DNA of 63,902 bases, counting the filler, from Octopus bimaculoides (taxonomy: Eukaryota), in the NCBI RefSeq assembly GCF_001194135.2. It is 7 parts of 7 records of this genome, joined end to end, with 100 filler letters (N's around TTAATTAATTAA, not from the genome) between each part and the next. Parts side by side here need not be neighbours in the genome. Positions count along the whole stretch, not along the records: positions 1 to 9,539 come from NC_068997.1; positions 9,640 to 20,111 come from NC_068981.1; 5 more parts are not named here. One strand, given 5' to 3'. A program made the position numbers and the translations under genes. Below are positions 1 through 12,369 of the stretch, piece by piece; the stretch's first letter is position 1; each line of letters starts with the position of its first letter. Below the pieces are notes generated by a model. That model did no database searches, was not told the DNA's origin, and was given only the letters and a program-made list of their open reading frames with translations.

Positions 1-40
<40 letters not shown>

Positions 41-634
41 AACATACAAATATGACAAATATTTACACAACACCGTGTGTGTGGTGCATGTGTATATTGT
101 TACATATATTGTATACCAATCCCCAGCATTCACAACATGCATATCATATAATGAATATACATACATTGCACAACAGATAAATACCTACGCATCACAATGC
201 ATAGATATACAGATATATGCATGTATACTCAACACACACACACAAATATGCACACTGCACAATGTATATAACACAATCACACATACACATGTGTGTGTGT
301 GTGTATGTATATACATGGTACGAATGTACAGAAAACAAAAGAGAAAGACAGGTGAGGGAACAACAAACAGGTGTATTAGTTTGACAGTAAGGAAGAATGG
401 AAAAATCCTTGACGTTTTGAGCCTCTGCTCTTCGACTGAAAAGGACAAGAGGAAATATATATATATATATATATAGTGTAAACAGAATTAGTGGTTATAA
501 TAACTGACTAATGGATAACATATCTGTAATACTATCGGTATCTGTTACCTGTATTATCCTTGGGCATTGGTGTGCAGATGCATGTAGGGTGCAGGTAACA
601 ACGGGTTAAACAAGAGTTTATCAGGAACCAATGC

Positions 635-956
635 AAATAATTAGAAAATGGAGAAAACAACAGATTAACAAACACATTGATTGGACCACATTTACAGCTT
701 ATTTTTTAATACAAAGCATGACATAACAAGATAGGTGGCGTAACATATCTAGCAGCTGTTTCTGATCGGTTACCGAAATCCCGTTTATTCTCGCATTTAT
801 CAATAGACAACATTTTGGTAACCGATCAGAAACAGCTGTTAGATATGTTATGTCACCTATCTTGTTATGTCATGCTTTGTATTAAAAAATAAGCTATAAA
901 TGTGGTCCACTCGATGTGTTTGTTAATCTGTGGTTTTCTCCATTTTCTGATTATTT
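635..956. repeat. Long fold-back inverted repeat (145-bp arms, 32-nt loop), probably Penelope pLTR-derived
   Basis: 635-779 is the reverse complement of 812-956 with few mismatches. Both arms carry GAAACAGCTG, the hammerhead stem III motif also seen at 21.7 kb. Confidence 0.85.
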
Positions 957-1824
957 ATATTTGAAGAGTGTGAAATTTAGTTACTGGATTAACTGATTTA
1001 ATCAGCTAAGATCAAGAGCAAAATTAACTCCTGTAGGATTTGAACACACAATATAAACTGAAATAATTAATCATTATCACAATCATCATCATTATTTAAT
1101 GTCTGTTTTCTATACTGGCATGGGTTGCGCTCACAAGGCCAACAATTTTAGGGGTGGTGGGGTTAGTTTATTACACTGGTCCTTGTACTTGACTGGTACA
1201 TTATTTTATTAACCCTAAAATAGTTGAAAGGTGAAATTGACCTTCACAGTATTTATACTTGGAAGGAAGGTAAAAAGCCTGAAAAAATACCACAAAGCAT
1301 TTTTGACCAGCACACCAACAGCTCTGCCAACTCACCTTTTTACCAGCTTGCCACCTTTGCCAGCTCATTGCCTTACCCCAATATTACATGGCATTTTGTC
1401 CAGCACATTACCAATTCTGTCAGCCACCAACTTTCAAACCACCTTCTGCAACATGCTTCCAATTTTATCATCATTCACTAAAATAACTCAAACTATTTTC
1501 TCCAGCATTTCCCCAGCTCTGCAGTACATCAACCTTCAAGCAGTCTTACTTAGTACTCCATCAAGTTTGCCCACCACTGACCTTCAAGCCATGACGTTTA
1601 GCATTGCACTGATACTACTGTCCACTAAACTTCATGATAATATTGATTTCTCACAGAGATTACATAACCTCTAATTTACAGAGAATGGAAGTGAAGGAGA
1701 TTTTTGATATTCATGCCTTTGTCATGGAAGAGAGTATTAGCAATGATATAAGTGAAGTGGTTTTGAACAGTGAATAGAAGCCATGCTAGTAATTTTTATT
1801 TCTTAAGTAGGGACTTGATATCTG

Positions 1825-2050
1825 ATTTGTCATTTAGCCTCGGGTCAAAGATGATCCAGTAAAGATTTGATCTAAGGTTTGCTGATCCAACAAAGGACAT
1901 TTGAACTGTGCTCTTAGCCATTCTATCTTTTTGAATATCAAAGATTATAGAAATGTTCAATATATCATTCTTTTGCATGAAATAGAATGGCATGATGTGA
2001 GAATGATACAGCTGTTATTTCTAGCAGTTTGAACAATCATGTGAGGACTC
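1825..2050 (-). mobile_element. SINE-like repeat family D copy (gctagaaatagcagccaaatct ... ggggctaaacaacaac type)
   Basis: Reverse complement of motifs recurring at about 2690-2880, 3325-3500, 17920-18190, 18415-18590, 24890-25045 (-), 29490-29670, 32195-32360 and 44200-44490. Confidence 0.6.
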
Positions 2051-2269
2051 CTATGTTGGCTCAATTGATGCCAAATGAGTTTTAAGATGAGGTTATAAGA
2101 GTCATTCTTAAGATCATTGGTGCCATAAATGACATCAATTAGATTCCAATAGTGAAAGGTGGAGAATATGGCAACAGAAAAAGTACAGTGAAATTGCTAT
2201 GGGAAGTGAAGTGACCAACATTTTGGACAGATACTCCTGAAATGTTGGACAGAAAGAGTACCTTCTCAA

Positions 2270-2485
2270 GTCATAAGGGTTGGTTTCCCAATATCATGGC
2301 ATATAAATTCCCCACCTGGATAGGACATCAGTCTATCACAGGATACTCATTTTTACCAGCTCAGTGGACTGGAGCAACATAAAATGAAGTGTTTTGATCA
2401 AGAACACAACACATCACCTGGTTTAGGAATTGAAACCATAATCTTACAATCATGAGGCCAACACCCTAACCACTAAGCCACACAG
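2270..2485 (-). mobile_element. tRNA-headed SINE family C (Meta-domain-like)
   Basis: On the minus strand: A box GGCTTAGTGG, B-box-like GTTTCAATTCC, then TGTGTTCTTGATCAAAACACTT...TTGCTCCAGTCCACTGAGCTGG. Same family as 14859-15122 and 57400-57572. Confidence 0.8.
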
Positions 2486-2689
2486 AAAGCATACCATAGA
2501 TTGCAGTGGGGAGCAGACATCTGCTCCCTACAACAATTCATTGTACTTATTCTGTCACTTTGTCCAAGTCTTGCTGATATAGACCACAATGAGTCTCCTT
2601 GAAGTAAATTTGCTTTATCCGATTATTTAGCAACGACCTAAATTCTGTATTTGTGTAAAAGTGGGAAAAAGGTTTCTTACAGTTTAGAA

Positions 2690-2880
2690 ACATAACGAAG
2701 TACCCAAATGGCTAAATCTTGCTCAAAATCTACCCAGCAGCCTTAAAAAAGGAAGGCTATGTAAGATAATGTAGTCCAAGGGTAACTATTATCTGAAAAC
2801 AAAATGATAGGAAGATCACAGCTAGTATACTTTGATCATAGGCCTGCAGGCTCAGACCTGACCAGGGGCTAAACAACACC
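2690..2880 (+). mobile_element. SINE-like family D copy
   Basis: Ends ...ctgaccaggggctaaacaacac and shares internal motifs with the other family D copies. Confidence 0.6.
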
Positions 2881-3089
2881 ATAAATTGAGGTGTGCAGTG
2901 TTGGTTACTGAGGGTAGCACACCCCTATGGTTAAGTGTCCTACGAAACTGTGTCCAACGCACCCAAGACAATTAACAAGTGGCTGGGTAGTGCTTAGGAG
3001 TGTCACTGGAAGCGCACCACTGCAGCTCAACTTGTCCCAGACTGAGTCGCCCCTCCCTAAGTAATACGATGCCAAAGCTAACATGAACA

Positions 3090-3870
3090 TATAATACTAC
3101 CGTCAACATCGCCACCAACACCACAACTGTCATCTACTGCCAACCTCACCACTCCATCATAACCAACACAAATATTGTTGGCACCAGCATCATCAGCATT
3201 ACCAGTGACGTCATCACCAATACTTCCACCATCACCACCACCACCACCACCAATACTATTACTACTGATATCATAACTAATATCATCACTGCCACCTTCA
3301 CCACAAGTCAATAAGGGAGTTTTGCATGGTTGCTTGAGCTGCTAGAAACAACAGCCAAGTCTCCTTCAACTAAATCCCATGTCTTGAAGAAAAAAGGGGT
3401 CAAGGTCGATGATGTGGTCATGGGTTTTTCTGCATGTAAGGAAGTAGATGAGCTGGTCATGGTTGGAATGTCGTTAATCAGAATTAAACAACAACACCGC
3501 TAGGGATCTTTTCAATCTCAGTCAAATTTCAAACTGTTTAGTTAAAAAAAATTAATTAAAAATTTGTGACTGAGATTGAAAAGATCCCACCGCTATAGCC
3601 ACCATGGTCAGTAAACACCAACGCCATCATCATCAACATCATCATCACCATCAATACCACCATGATTACCAAAATCTTTACTACCACATGTCCCCTATGA
3701 CCACCACCACCACCACCACCACAACAACAACCAACAATACCACTACCACTGTCACCATTACAACCACCACCACCTAACACCATCACTACAACTACTATTG
3801 GGACCACCACCACCACCAACACCACCATTATTGCAACCACAACCACCACTACCACAACCCCACCTCTACT
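3090..3870. repeat. Degenerate (CAC/CAT/TAC)n trinucleotide low-complexity tracts around a family D copy
   Basis: Runs of acc/atc/act triplets. The ORFs here are poly-V/G artefacts. Confidence 0.8.
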
Positions 3871-4559
3871 CAAAACACCAAGACATGAAAGTTCTGTGAC
3901 GTTATAATTATATCAGTGACTGGTAACAAGAGACGTGGACAGGGATAGATGAGGGTGGGGATGTGTAGCATGTTGAAAAGTATGTGTGGGGGGAGAGAGG
4001 GGGAGAATGTATGTGTGTGTGAGGGGGGATGTGTTTGTATGTGTAAGTTAGTGTGTGAGTATGTGCGTGTGGGAGGAAAAGTGCAATGTGTGTGTATATA
4101 TGTTAATGTGTATACAAGCTTGCCTGTGTGCATGTGTGCATATATGTTAATGCATATGTATAAGTGTGTGTGTTAATGTGTTTGTATGTGTATACATGTT
4201 AATGTGTATATATAAGCTTGTGTGTGTGTGTGTGAAAGTGCATGTGTGTGTATGTACATGTATACACGAGTCAGTGTGTGTGTGTGCGCGTGTGGATGAG
4301 TATGTGAGAGAGTGTGTATACATGTGTTTAAGTGAATGTGTGTGAATATGTGTGAGAATGCATGTGTAGGGGTTGTGAGTTTATGTAGTGTGTAAGGGAG
4401 TGCCGGTGGTGGTGGTGGTGGTGATGAGTATGATGGCTTTAACCCATTAGCATTAAAACCGGCCATCTCCAGCCACAATATTCTTCCTGTTTTATATTAG
4501 AACTGACCAGATCCAGCCCATCACACCTACCCTACAATGCCATTCTAAAAATATACAAT

Positions 4560-4760
4560 TACATGCTGGCGATGGTGCCATGTAAAAAGCACCCACTACC
4601 CTCTGTAAAGTGGTTGGCACTAGGAAGGGCAGCCAGCCACAAAAACGAAGTCAAAACAGACAATGGAACCTGGTGCAGCCCCTGGCCATGCCAGGTCCTG
4701 TCAAGCTGTCCAACCCATGCCAGCATGGAAAATGGACGTTAAACATTGATGATGATGGAT
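4560..4760 (+). mobile_element. SINE/RTE-like repeat family E 3' part
   Basis: gtggttggcactaggaagggcagccagc...ccaacccatgccagcatggaaaatggacgttaaac followed by a (GAT)n tail. Confidence 0.65.
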
Positions 4761-4934
4761 GCTGACATCGTTGAGATCCTGAGGTCATGACATAATACAG
4801 GATTAAAGCAAAACAATGAGAACGAGTAAGATACGTTTGATAGAACGATCTGAATGCTAAAGGGTTAAGATATTGGTACAGGTGGGGCCAGAAGAGATTG
4901 ATATAAAATAGGGTGATGCTTGTGACCATCACCA

Positions 4935-5110
4935 TCATCATCATCATTTAATAACCACTCTCCATGCTGGTGTGGGCTTAACCATTTGACTGGACCTGAT
5001 AAGCTAGAGAGAGCTGCATCAGGCTCCAGTCTATATTGGCTAGGTTTCTATAGCTGGATGCTCTTCCTAATGCCAACCACTCCGCAAAGTGTATTGGGGT
5101 GTTACCGGCA
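4935..5110 (-). mobile_element. Family E copy, inverted relative to 4560-4760
   Basis: (CAT)n tail, then ccatgctgg...ggatgctcttcctaatgccaaccact, the reverse complement of the family E motif. Confidence 0.65.
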
Positions 5111-5364
5111 TGGATGGCTTTCATGTGTCTCAAAGACCAGCAATTCGCCAGAAGTCACACTCACTTGTCACCACCTCCATGAGACTCAACATCTGAAGAT
5201 CACATTTCAACCCCTTGTCCCACATCTTTCTGAGTCAACCCCTTTAAGGGTTTTAGATGAACAAATTACCTAACAGTATCTTATTCTCTTTTTAAGTCTG
5301 GTACTGAGCCCAATTTTGATCTCTGTAATTCTGGTTTGCTATCAATATATTTATGTGTATATAT

Positions 5365-5745
5365 AGGCATATAGATTGCTTCCTGACCTACATGGTTCTG
5401 AGTTCAGTTCCACTGTATGGCACCTTGGGCAAATGTTTTCAACTATAACCTCAGGCCAACAAATTCCTTGTGAGTGGATTTGGTCGATGGAAACTGAAAG
5501 AAGCCTGTTGTATATATAAATATATGTATATATCTGTGGGTGGGTGTTTTTGTGTCTGTGTTTGCCCCCCCCCCTATCACAGCTTGACAGCTGGTGTTGG
5601 TGGGTTTATGTTCCCGTAACTTAGCGGTTTGGTAAAATAAGTACTAAGCTTAAAAAAATATGTTCTGGGGACAATTTGTTCAACTAAAAGGCAGTGCTCC
5701 AGCATGGCTACAGTCAAATGACTGATACAAAGTAAAAGGATATAT
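5365..5745 (+). mobile_element. tRNA-derived CORE-type SINE family A with internal microsatellite
   Basis: Head ggttctgagttcagttcc; CORE-like ggcaccttgggcaa; internal (TA/TG)n; 3' end gtgctccagcatggctacagtcaaatgactga. Confidence 0.8.
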
Positions 5746-5871
5746 ACGTATATAAGTGTGAGGTCGGTTGCTATGGCATTGAGGTAGATCCGCCCACCCC
5801 CGTTAACAAGGAGAAAGCCCGGATTTAAAACACTGGATGATGATGGTAATATACACACACACACACACACA

Positions 5872-6063
5872 AGATGGTGAGCTGGCAGTATCACTACTGA
5901 GGCATTTAGTCTGTCTTAACGTTCTGTTCCGAGTTCAAATCCCGCCAAGGTCAGTTATGCCATTCATCTTTTCAGGCTGGATAAAATAAGTACCACTTGA
6001 GCACTGGGGACTTAACCCCTGCTCTGAAATTGATGGCCTTGTGCCAAAATTTGAATCCAATAT
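5872..6063 (+). mobile_element. tRNA-derived SINE family B (ggcgagctggcagaatc ... ctgagttcaaattcc ... aataagtaccagt)
   Basis: Matches more than 15 other copies in the window. Confidence 0.75.
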
Positions 6064-6189
6064 ATAAATACTAAAGGTGTCAGTGTATTGATCCCCCCAA
6101 CCGGAAGGGGTCTATAATGCTACTAAGACAACAAACTGTAGCGTGAGTGAGTGAAATTTGGCTGCTATTTCTTGTATTGATTTCTCTGT

Positions 6190-6560
6190 TGGTAAAGACT
6201 ACTGTGGTAATGGTAGTGATGGTGGTGATGGTAAAGGTAGTGATGGTGGAGGGGGAGGTAGCGATGGTGTCGATAGTAGGGGTGGTGGTGTTAGTGGTGC
6301 AGCGGTGGTGGAAGAAATATTAGCTGTGACTTTGGTAGTGAAAGAAGTGGCATTAGTGGTGCCCATAGCGATAGTGGTGGAAGTGCTGCTGATTCTGGTG
6401 GTAGGAATGGTATTGATAACAGTGATGGTAGTGGTGGTGGTGGCAGTGTCGATGTTAGCAGTGGTTGTTGTAGAAATAAAGTTGGTACTGACAGTGATAG
6501 TGGTGTTGGTGGTGGTGTCGGCGGCAGGGTGGTGGTGGCAGCAGGGTGGTGGAGGTGTAA
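6190..6560. repeat. Degenerate (GGT/GAT/AGT)n low-complexity tract
   Basis: Triplet-periodic GT-rich sequence. Confidence 0.75.
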
Positions 6561-7196
6561 GTTGTAATTAGTATGTTGTGTCTAATAATACAAGCTCTCC
6601 TGTCAAAGAACATTTGACCTGGTGATTGAAGAATGTGTTATGTGTGCACATACGTGTACACACACACGGTCAAGTCTAAAAAAAAACATTTGTACACAGA
6701 AAAGAAAACCTACACATACATACACGCAAGCTTATGTATTTATATGTGTGTGTGTGTGTGCATGTATACACACATACACACAAACAAAAGAAAAAACTTG
6801 CACTAAATAAACTACTTTCAAATGAACTCTGGAAATTAATCTTGTAATAATTGTAGTAGTAGTAGTAGTAGTAGTAGTAATAGTCATGGCTGTTATACAA
6901 TAACGACTGGTACACCTCTCTGTTTCTCAATCCAGTTCTTCAGTTCATTCCGTTCGTTCGTTCTAGAGATTCTTGGTAATCTCCTCTCAGTTGCAATGTC
7001 CTCTTTTTTTTCTTCCCCCCTCCCCCATTGTACCACGAATTAAAAAACGTTTTTGCACCCCACCCTGCCCAATCCCTATAATACAATCCTTTTCTCCCCC
7101 CACCCCCAATTAACTGCAATTAGGGTGAGGTCATGTGATGTGGAGAGAACGGGGGGGGAGGAAAGATAAAAAGAATTCATTGGCCAGGAAGTGTGG

Positions 7197-7336
<140 letters not shown>

Positions 7337-7384
7337 GGAGGTGAGGGGACACAAAATATCATGACTTCGTCAACTTCACAGATA

Positions 7385-7905
7385 ATTATAATTTCTAATT
7401 TAGGGATAAGGCCAGCAATTTTGGGTCAATTAAGTTGACCCAAGTAGTAGACTGGTATTTTATGGGATTGACTTTGGAAAGATGAAAAAATGTTGCTTTC
7501 AGCAGGACTTGAACTCAAATTGTAAAAAGACCGAATGCACACTGTAATTAATGATTCAGTCAATCCATGGCTCAAATAATTTCAAATTTATGTACAAAGC
7601 CAGCAGCCAGTAGATTTGAGGGAAGGGGCTAGTCAATAGTGTCAACCCCAGAATTTCACTGGTGCTTTACTGAAAGGAGTTGACTTTGGAGGTAACAAGA
7701 AGAAATATTGATTTCAAATTTTGGCAGAAGGCTAAAGGAAGAGGGGTTAAGTCAATTACTTTGACCCCAGTACTCAACTGGTGTTTAATTTATCGACCCC
7801 AAAAAGATGACAGGTAAAGCTGACCTCAGCGGAATTTAAACTGAGAGCGTAAATAAGGATGTAATACCATCAAGTATTTCGCTCACGGTCCTACCAGCTT
7901 GCTAC
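7385..7905 (-). mobile_element. Three tandem decayed family B SINE copies
   Basis: Repeated ttgacccca/actggt...tttat...gaaa(g)gatga...gaa(t)ttgaactc blocks at about 7385-7560, 7575-7690 and 7705-7905. Confidence 0.65.
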
Positions 7906-8414
7906 TTTAATAATAATAATAATGATAATTAATTCTTTTATTGGCCACAAGGGCTAACATAAAAGCAACATGAAATGACAAAACAGGACGATACAAAGGG
8001 TTTTAGAACGTGTAAATAAAATAAAGAAAAAACAAATAAAACTCCCAGTAGGGGGAGGCGCTTTAAGGCTACTTGTGGAAAAACAATAAAGAATAGTCTT
8101 TCAATCACACTTCTACACAATGCCTGTCGATTAAATTCTACTCACATGACTATGAGAGAAAATAACTACCCAAAGTGCAATGCACTGGAGTTGAACCTGA
8201 ATTCACATAGATATGAAGCGAGTTCCTCAACCAGACAGTCATGCTTGTACTCAATCAATTTAGTTGTCTCCGATACAGTAGCACTTAATTGCAGCACTTA
8301 ATTGTTATTTAATTTATCGACCTTTGAAATAAAGAGTGAAGCTATATTGATCCTGATAAAATTCAAAATTGGAACATAATTATATGAAACAGGAAAAAGA
8401 AAAAAAAAATACAT

Positions 8415-8590
8415 GTAGCTTAGCTGTGTGGTTAAGAAGTTTGCTTCCCAATCATGTGGTGTGAGGTTCAACCTCAATGTGTGGCACCTTGGGCAACTGC
8501 CTTCTACTATAGCCCCATGCGGACCAAAACCTTCCTTGTTAGTGAATTTGGCAGATTGAAACTGAAAGAAGCCTGTTGTGCAATATGCAT
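8415..8590 (+). mobile_element. Family A SINE, 5' half
   Basis: gctgtgtggttaagaagtttgcttccca...ggcaccttgggcaactgccttctactatagcc...gaaactgaaagaagcc. Confidence 0.8.
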
Positions 8591-9169
8591 ATGTACGTCT
8601 GGGGCATTTTAATTTTTTCTAGCTTTAAAGTATACTGTGGTTTTTGACACTACACATTATTGGAAGGACCTTTCCCAGACACAAAAATACTACAGCTACA
8701 TGTGTTTAACAACATATACATATAAATGATGCTTGCATGTGTTTGTGTGCAGACTCTTGTCTAGACATCTTGTGAGGGTCATAAATGAGCATCACTGACA
8801 TACAAGATGATGTTTGTTTCCAATCTTCTATGAAAAATATGCCTGGCCATAGAGAAATATTTCCTGGTTTCAAAACAGGTGAGGATTGGTGACAGGAAGG
8901 GCATCTGGCCATAGAAAATAAATTTGCCTTAACAAACCCTGCCTAACCCAAGTATTCATTGAAAAGTGTTCTAGTTACAATCTTTTAATTTGACACAATG
9001 TGTGTCCATATATACCTCCTCCACTCGTCACTGATGAGACTCCAATAAGGGACGGAAATTGATTAAAGCAGTTCATTATGCTTTCAGTTTCTGGAGAAAC
9101 TGGTAAATTTGACAAGTCTGTATATCTACTACATAGGTTTATACGCACACACACCTGTCTGTCTGTCTG

Positions 9170-9530
9170 CTTGTCTTTTATTTGTTTCAGACATTTGACT
9201 GTGCCCACACTGTGGCAGCACCTTGAAGGGTTTTAGTCAAACAAATTGACTCCAGGAAATATTTTTTTAAAGCCTAGTATTTATTCTATCGGTCACTTAT
9301 GCTGCACTGCTAAGTTATTGGAATGTAAACACACCAACACTGGTTGCCAAACAGTTATGGGGGACAAATACAGACACAAAGACATAGATACATACATACA
9401 TACATATATGACGGGCTTCTTTCAGTTTCTGTCAACCAAATCCACTCACAAGACTTTGGTTGGCCCGAGGCTATAAATAAAAGATGCTTGCCCAAGGTGC
9501 CATGCAGAGTGGAACTGAACCCACAACCAT
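9170..9530 (-). mobile_element. Family A SINE
   Basis: Reverse-complement copy containing ttgcccaaggtgcca and an internal (CATA)n tract. Confidence 0.8.
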
Positions 9531-9583
9531 ATATATATANNNNNNNNNNNNNNNNNNNNNNNNNNNNNNNNNNNNNNNNNNNN

Positions 9584-9595
9584 TTAATTAATTAA
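9584..9595. other. Assembly spacer TTAATTAATTAA inside a 100-base gap (44 N + 12 + 44 N)
   Basis: Identical construct at 20156-20167, 40875-40886, 52895-52906, 56811-56822 and 62693-62704. The palindrome gives stop codons in all six frames. Confidence 0.95.
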
Positions 9596-10704
9596 NNNNN
9601 NNNNNNNNNNNNNNNNNNNNNNNNNNNNNNNNNNNNNNNTAACCTATCTATCTAGTAATGTGTGTGTCTGTGTATGTGTGAGAGAGAAAGAGAAAGAGAA
9701 AATGAGAGTGAAAGAGTGTGTGTGTGTGTGCGCGCGCGTGCGTTTTCCTGAATTTATCACCAGTGGAGTAAAAAGCCGGTTTCTATCGTAATACAAGATA
9801 TTTTCATTGAAATTTACACAAGAAAATCTTGTAGGTATGCATGTATGTATGTATGTATGTATGTATGGATGGATGGATGTATGCATGTAGGCATGTATGC
9901 ATATATGTACGTAATTACGAATGCATGCATATATGAATATATATATGTATGCATATATGTATGCATATATGTATGCATATATGTATGCATGCGTGTATGT
10001 ATGTATGAATGCATGTATGTATGTAGGTATTTATGCATATATGTATGTATATAATTACGTATGCATGCATATATGAATATACATATGCATATTTTTATGC
10101 ATGTATGTATGTATGTGTGTATGTATGCATGTATATATCTATAGTCGTATGCATGTACTCAAGAACGCTTGCACACGTATGCTTATACAGATGTGCATGC
10201 ATTGGTATACATATATGCATGGTATTACAAATGGGGGATTGTATTATACTCCTGAACTTAAATGTCTTCCATATTTTGCAAGTGCTTTTGACAGAATCTC
10301 CAAAAAATGTGAGTTCTTACTTTTATTTTATAGAACCTAGCTTCTCAATATTGGAACAGGGACAGATAATCACATAGTGAGTTATTCAACGCCATGGATT
10401 CCTACATGTACTCCAGACGGAGTCATGACAAATGTAATGGTCACTCTCTGCCCGACAATAACGGACAACCTTCTAAATATCATTGCTCTTATAGTATTAG
10501 AGAATGTCACTTTTCGGATTCAGAAAATATCAACCGAGTAAATACATACTTACATGTATGCGCGCACACATACGCACGCGCACACACACATATGTGTTCT
10601 CTTTTTCACTAATCTTCAGCTCTATGTTAGCTAATTTCCACAACTGTGAACGGTTTCTCTTCTCTATCTCAAATCATTATATCAGGTCTGTTGAGCTTAC
10701 ATTA

Positions 10705-11320
10705 TATTGAGGTATTCACTGGTACATTCCTCCAGTATTCCTTTTTATTATGAGTGACTATGGCATCTACCATTTTGTGGGTTCTTATTTCTTTGTCCTC
10801 GGGATTATCCGTCTGACGAATTTTATGTCCTAGCTACAACATCTTGTCTCATCGGTAGATAATACCGTGATGACATTTTCAGACAGCTGCTTATGATGTG
10901 GGTGATATCTTCAGTATGAAATCCACAAAGTCTGCATCATTTGTCACATTTTACTGCTTTTCCTGCATCTCCATCCCTTTTGTGCATCAGGAACTTGGTT
11001 GATATTTCCTGTTCCTGTATTGCAAACGCGTACCCTTCAAAGTGAGAGATAGTAACCCAACTACTGGTCCATGATAAACTGCTTTGATGATCGATGTTAC
11101 TCTCATCACGGAGCTTTCTACTAACATATCCATGCATAGTCTTCTGCTCATATAGGCTCATCCTTTCATCTGATGATATGTTGCGGGCGACTTCTTTGGA
11201 CATGTATTCTAGGTTATCAAACAAAGAGTGTTGCTCAAGGAGCTGCCTTTCAAGTCTTATGATGTTATCAGTCTCATGTATGCAAACTTGGTCAAGGGAT
11301 GCACTTCGACACTTGTTGGG
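10705..11320 (-). mobile_element. R4/Dong-clade LINE fragment (zinc-knuckle region)
   Basis: Translates ...HFEGYAFAIQEQEISTK...KCDK*CRLCGFHTEDITHIISSC..MSSRYYLPMRQDVVA (CCHC knuckle and RH[D]-like motif). Contains stop codons. Confidence 0.85.
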
Positions 11321-11459
11321 TATGTATGTATGTATGTATGTATGTATGTATGTATGTATGTATGTATGTACGTATGTATGTATGAATGTATGTACGTTTG
11401 AATGTATGTGTGTGTGTTTCTGTATGTATGTATGTGTATGTATGTATGTATGTATGTAT
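11321..11459. repeat. (TATG)n microsatellite abutting the 5' truncation of the R4 fragment
   Basis: Direct reading; runs into an N gap. Confidence 0.95.
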
Positions 11460-12369
11460 NNNNNNNNNNNNNNNNNNNNNNNNNNNNNNNNNNNNNNNNN
11501 NNNNNNNNNNNNNNNNNNNNNNNNNNNNNNNNNNNNNNNNNNNNNNNNNNNNNNNNNNNNNNNNNNNNNNNNNNNNNNNNNNNNNNNNNNNNNNNNNNNN
11601 NNNNNNNNNNNNNNNNNNNNNNNNNNNNNNNNNNNNNNNNNNNNNNNNNNNNNNNNNNNNNNNNNNNNNNNNNNNNNNNNNNNNNNNNNNNNNNNNNNNN
11701 NNNNNNNNNNNNNNNNNNNNNNNNNNNNNNNNNNNNNNNNNNNNNNNNNNNNNNNNNNNNNNNNNNNNNNNNNNNNNNNNNNNNNNNNNNNNNNNNNNNN
11801 NNNNNGTATGTATGTAATGTATGTATGTATGTATGCATATATGTATGCATGTATGTATGTGTGTGTATGTATGTATGCATGTATGTATGAATGAGTGTGT
11901 ATGTATTCCGTGTCTCTGTGTGTGTTTGTGTGTTTGTGTGTTTGCGTTCGTGTATATGTGCGTGAACAGGGATGAGGTTATTGTCATATACACGCACACG
12001 CACATGTGTATGTGCGTGCGTGCATGTTTGCATGCCTGTGTACGTGCGTGCATGTTTGAATGCATGTGTGCGTGCGTGTTTGTGTGTGTGTGTGTGTATG
12101 TGTGTGTATGTGTGTGTGTACACAAGTAGATGAGTCAAGTAGTGCTTAGCTTAGTGCGGAGATGATATCATATAGAAAACTAACAGAATCACTTAAAACA
12201 ACAACAATATTAGCAGCGAATATCTGACACAGCGGCGACAGTTGCAACAAAGAAGAAGCGCGTCAAACTGGATAACTTAAGATTGCACAGTGTTTAGATA
12301 TGTTTTGTCCTTCTAAGCTAGGAATGTGGGCGACTGTATGTCTCTCAGTTTTTACGCGGATCGATGGAA

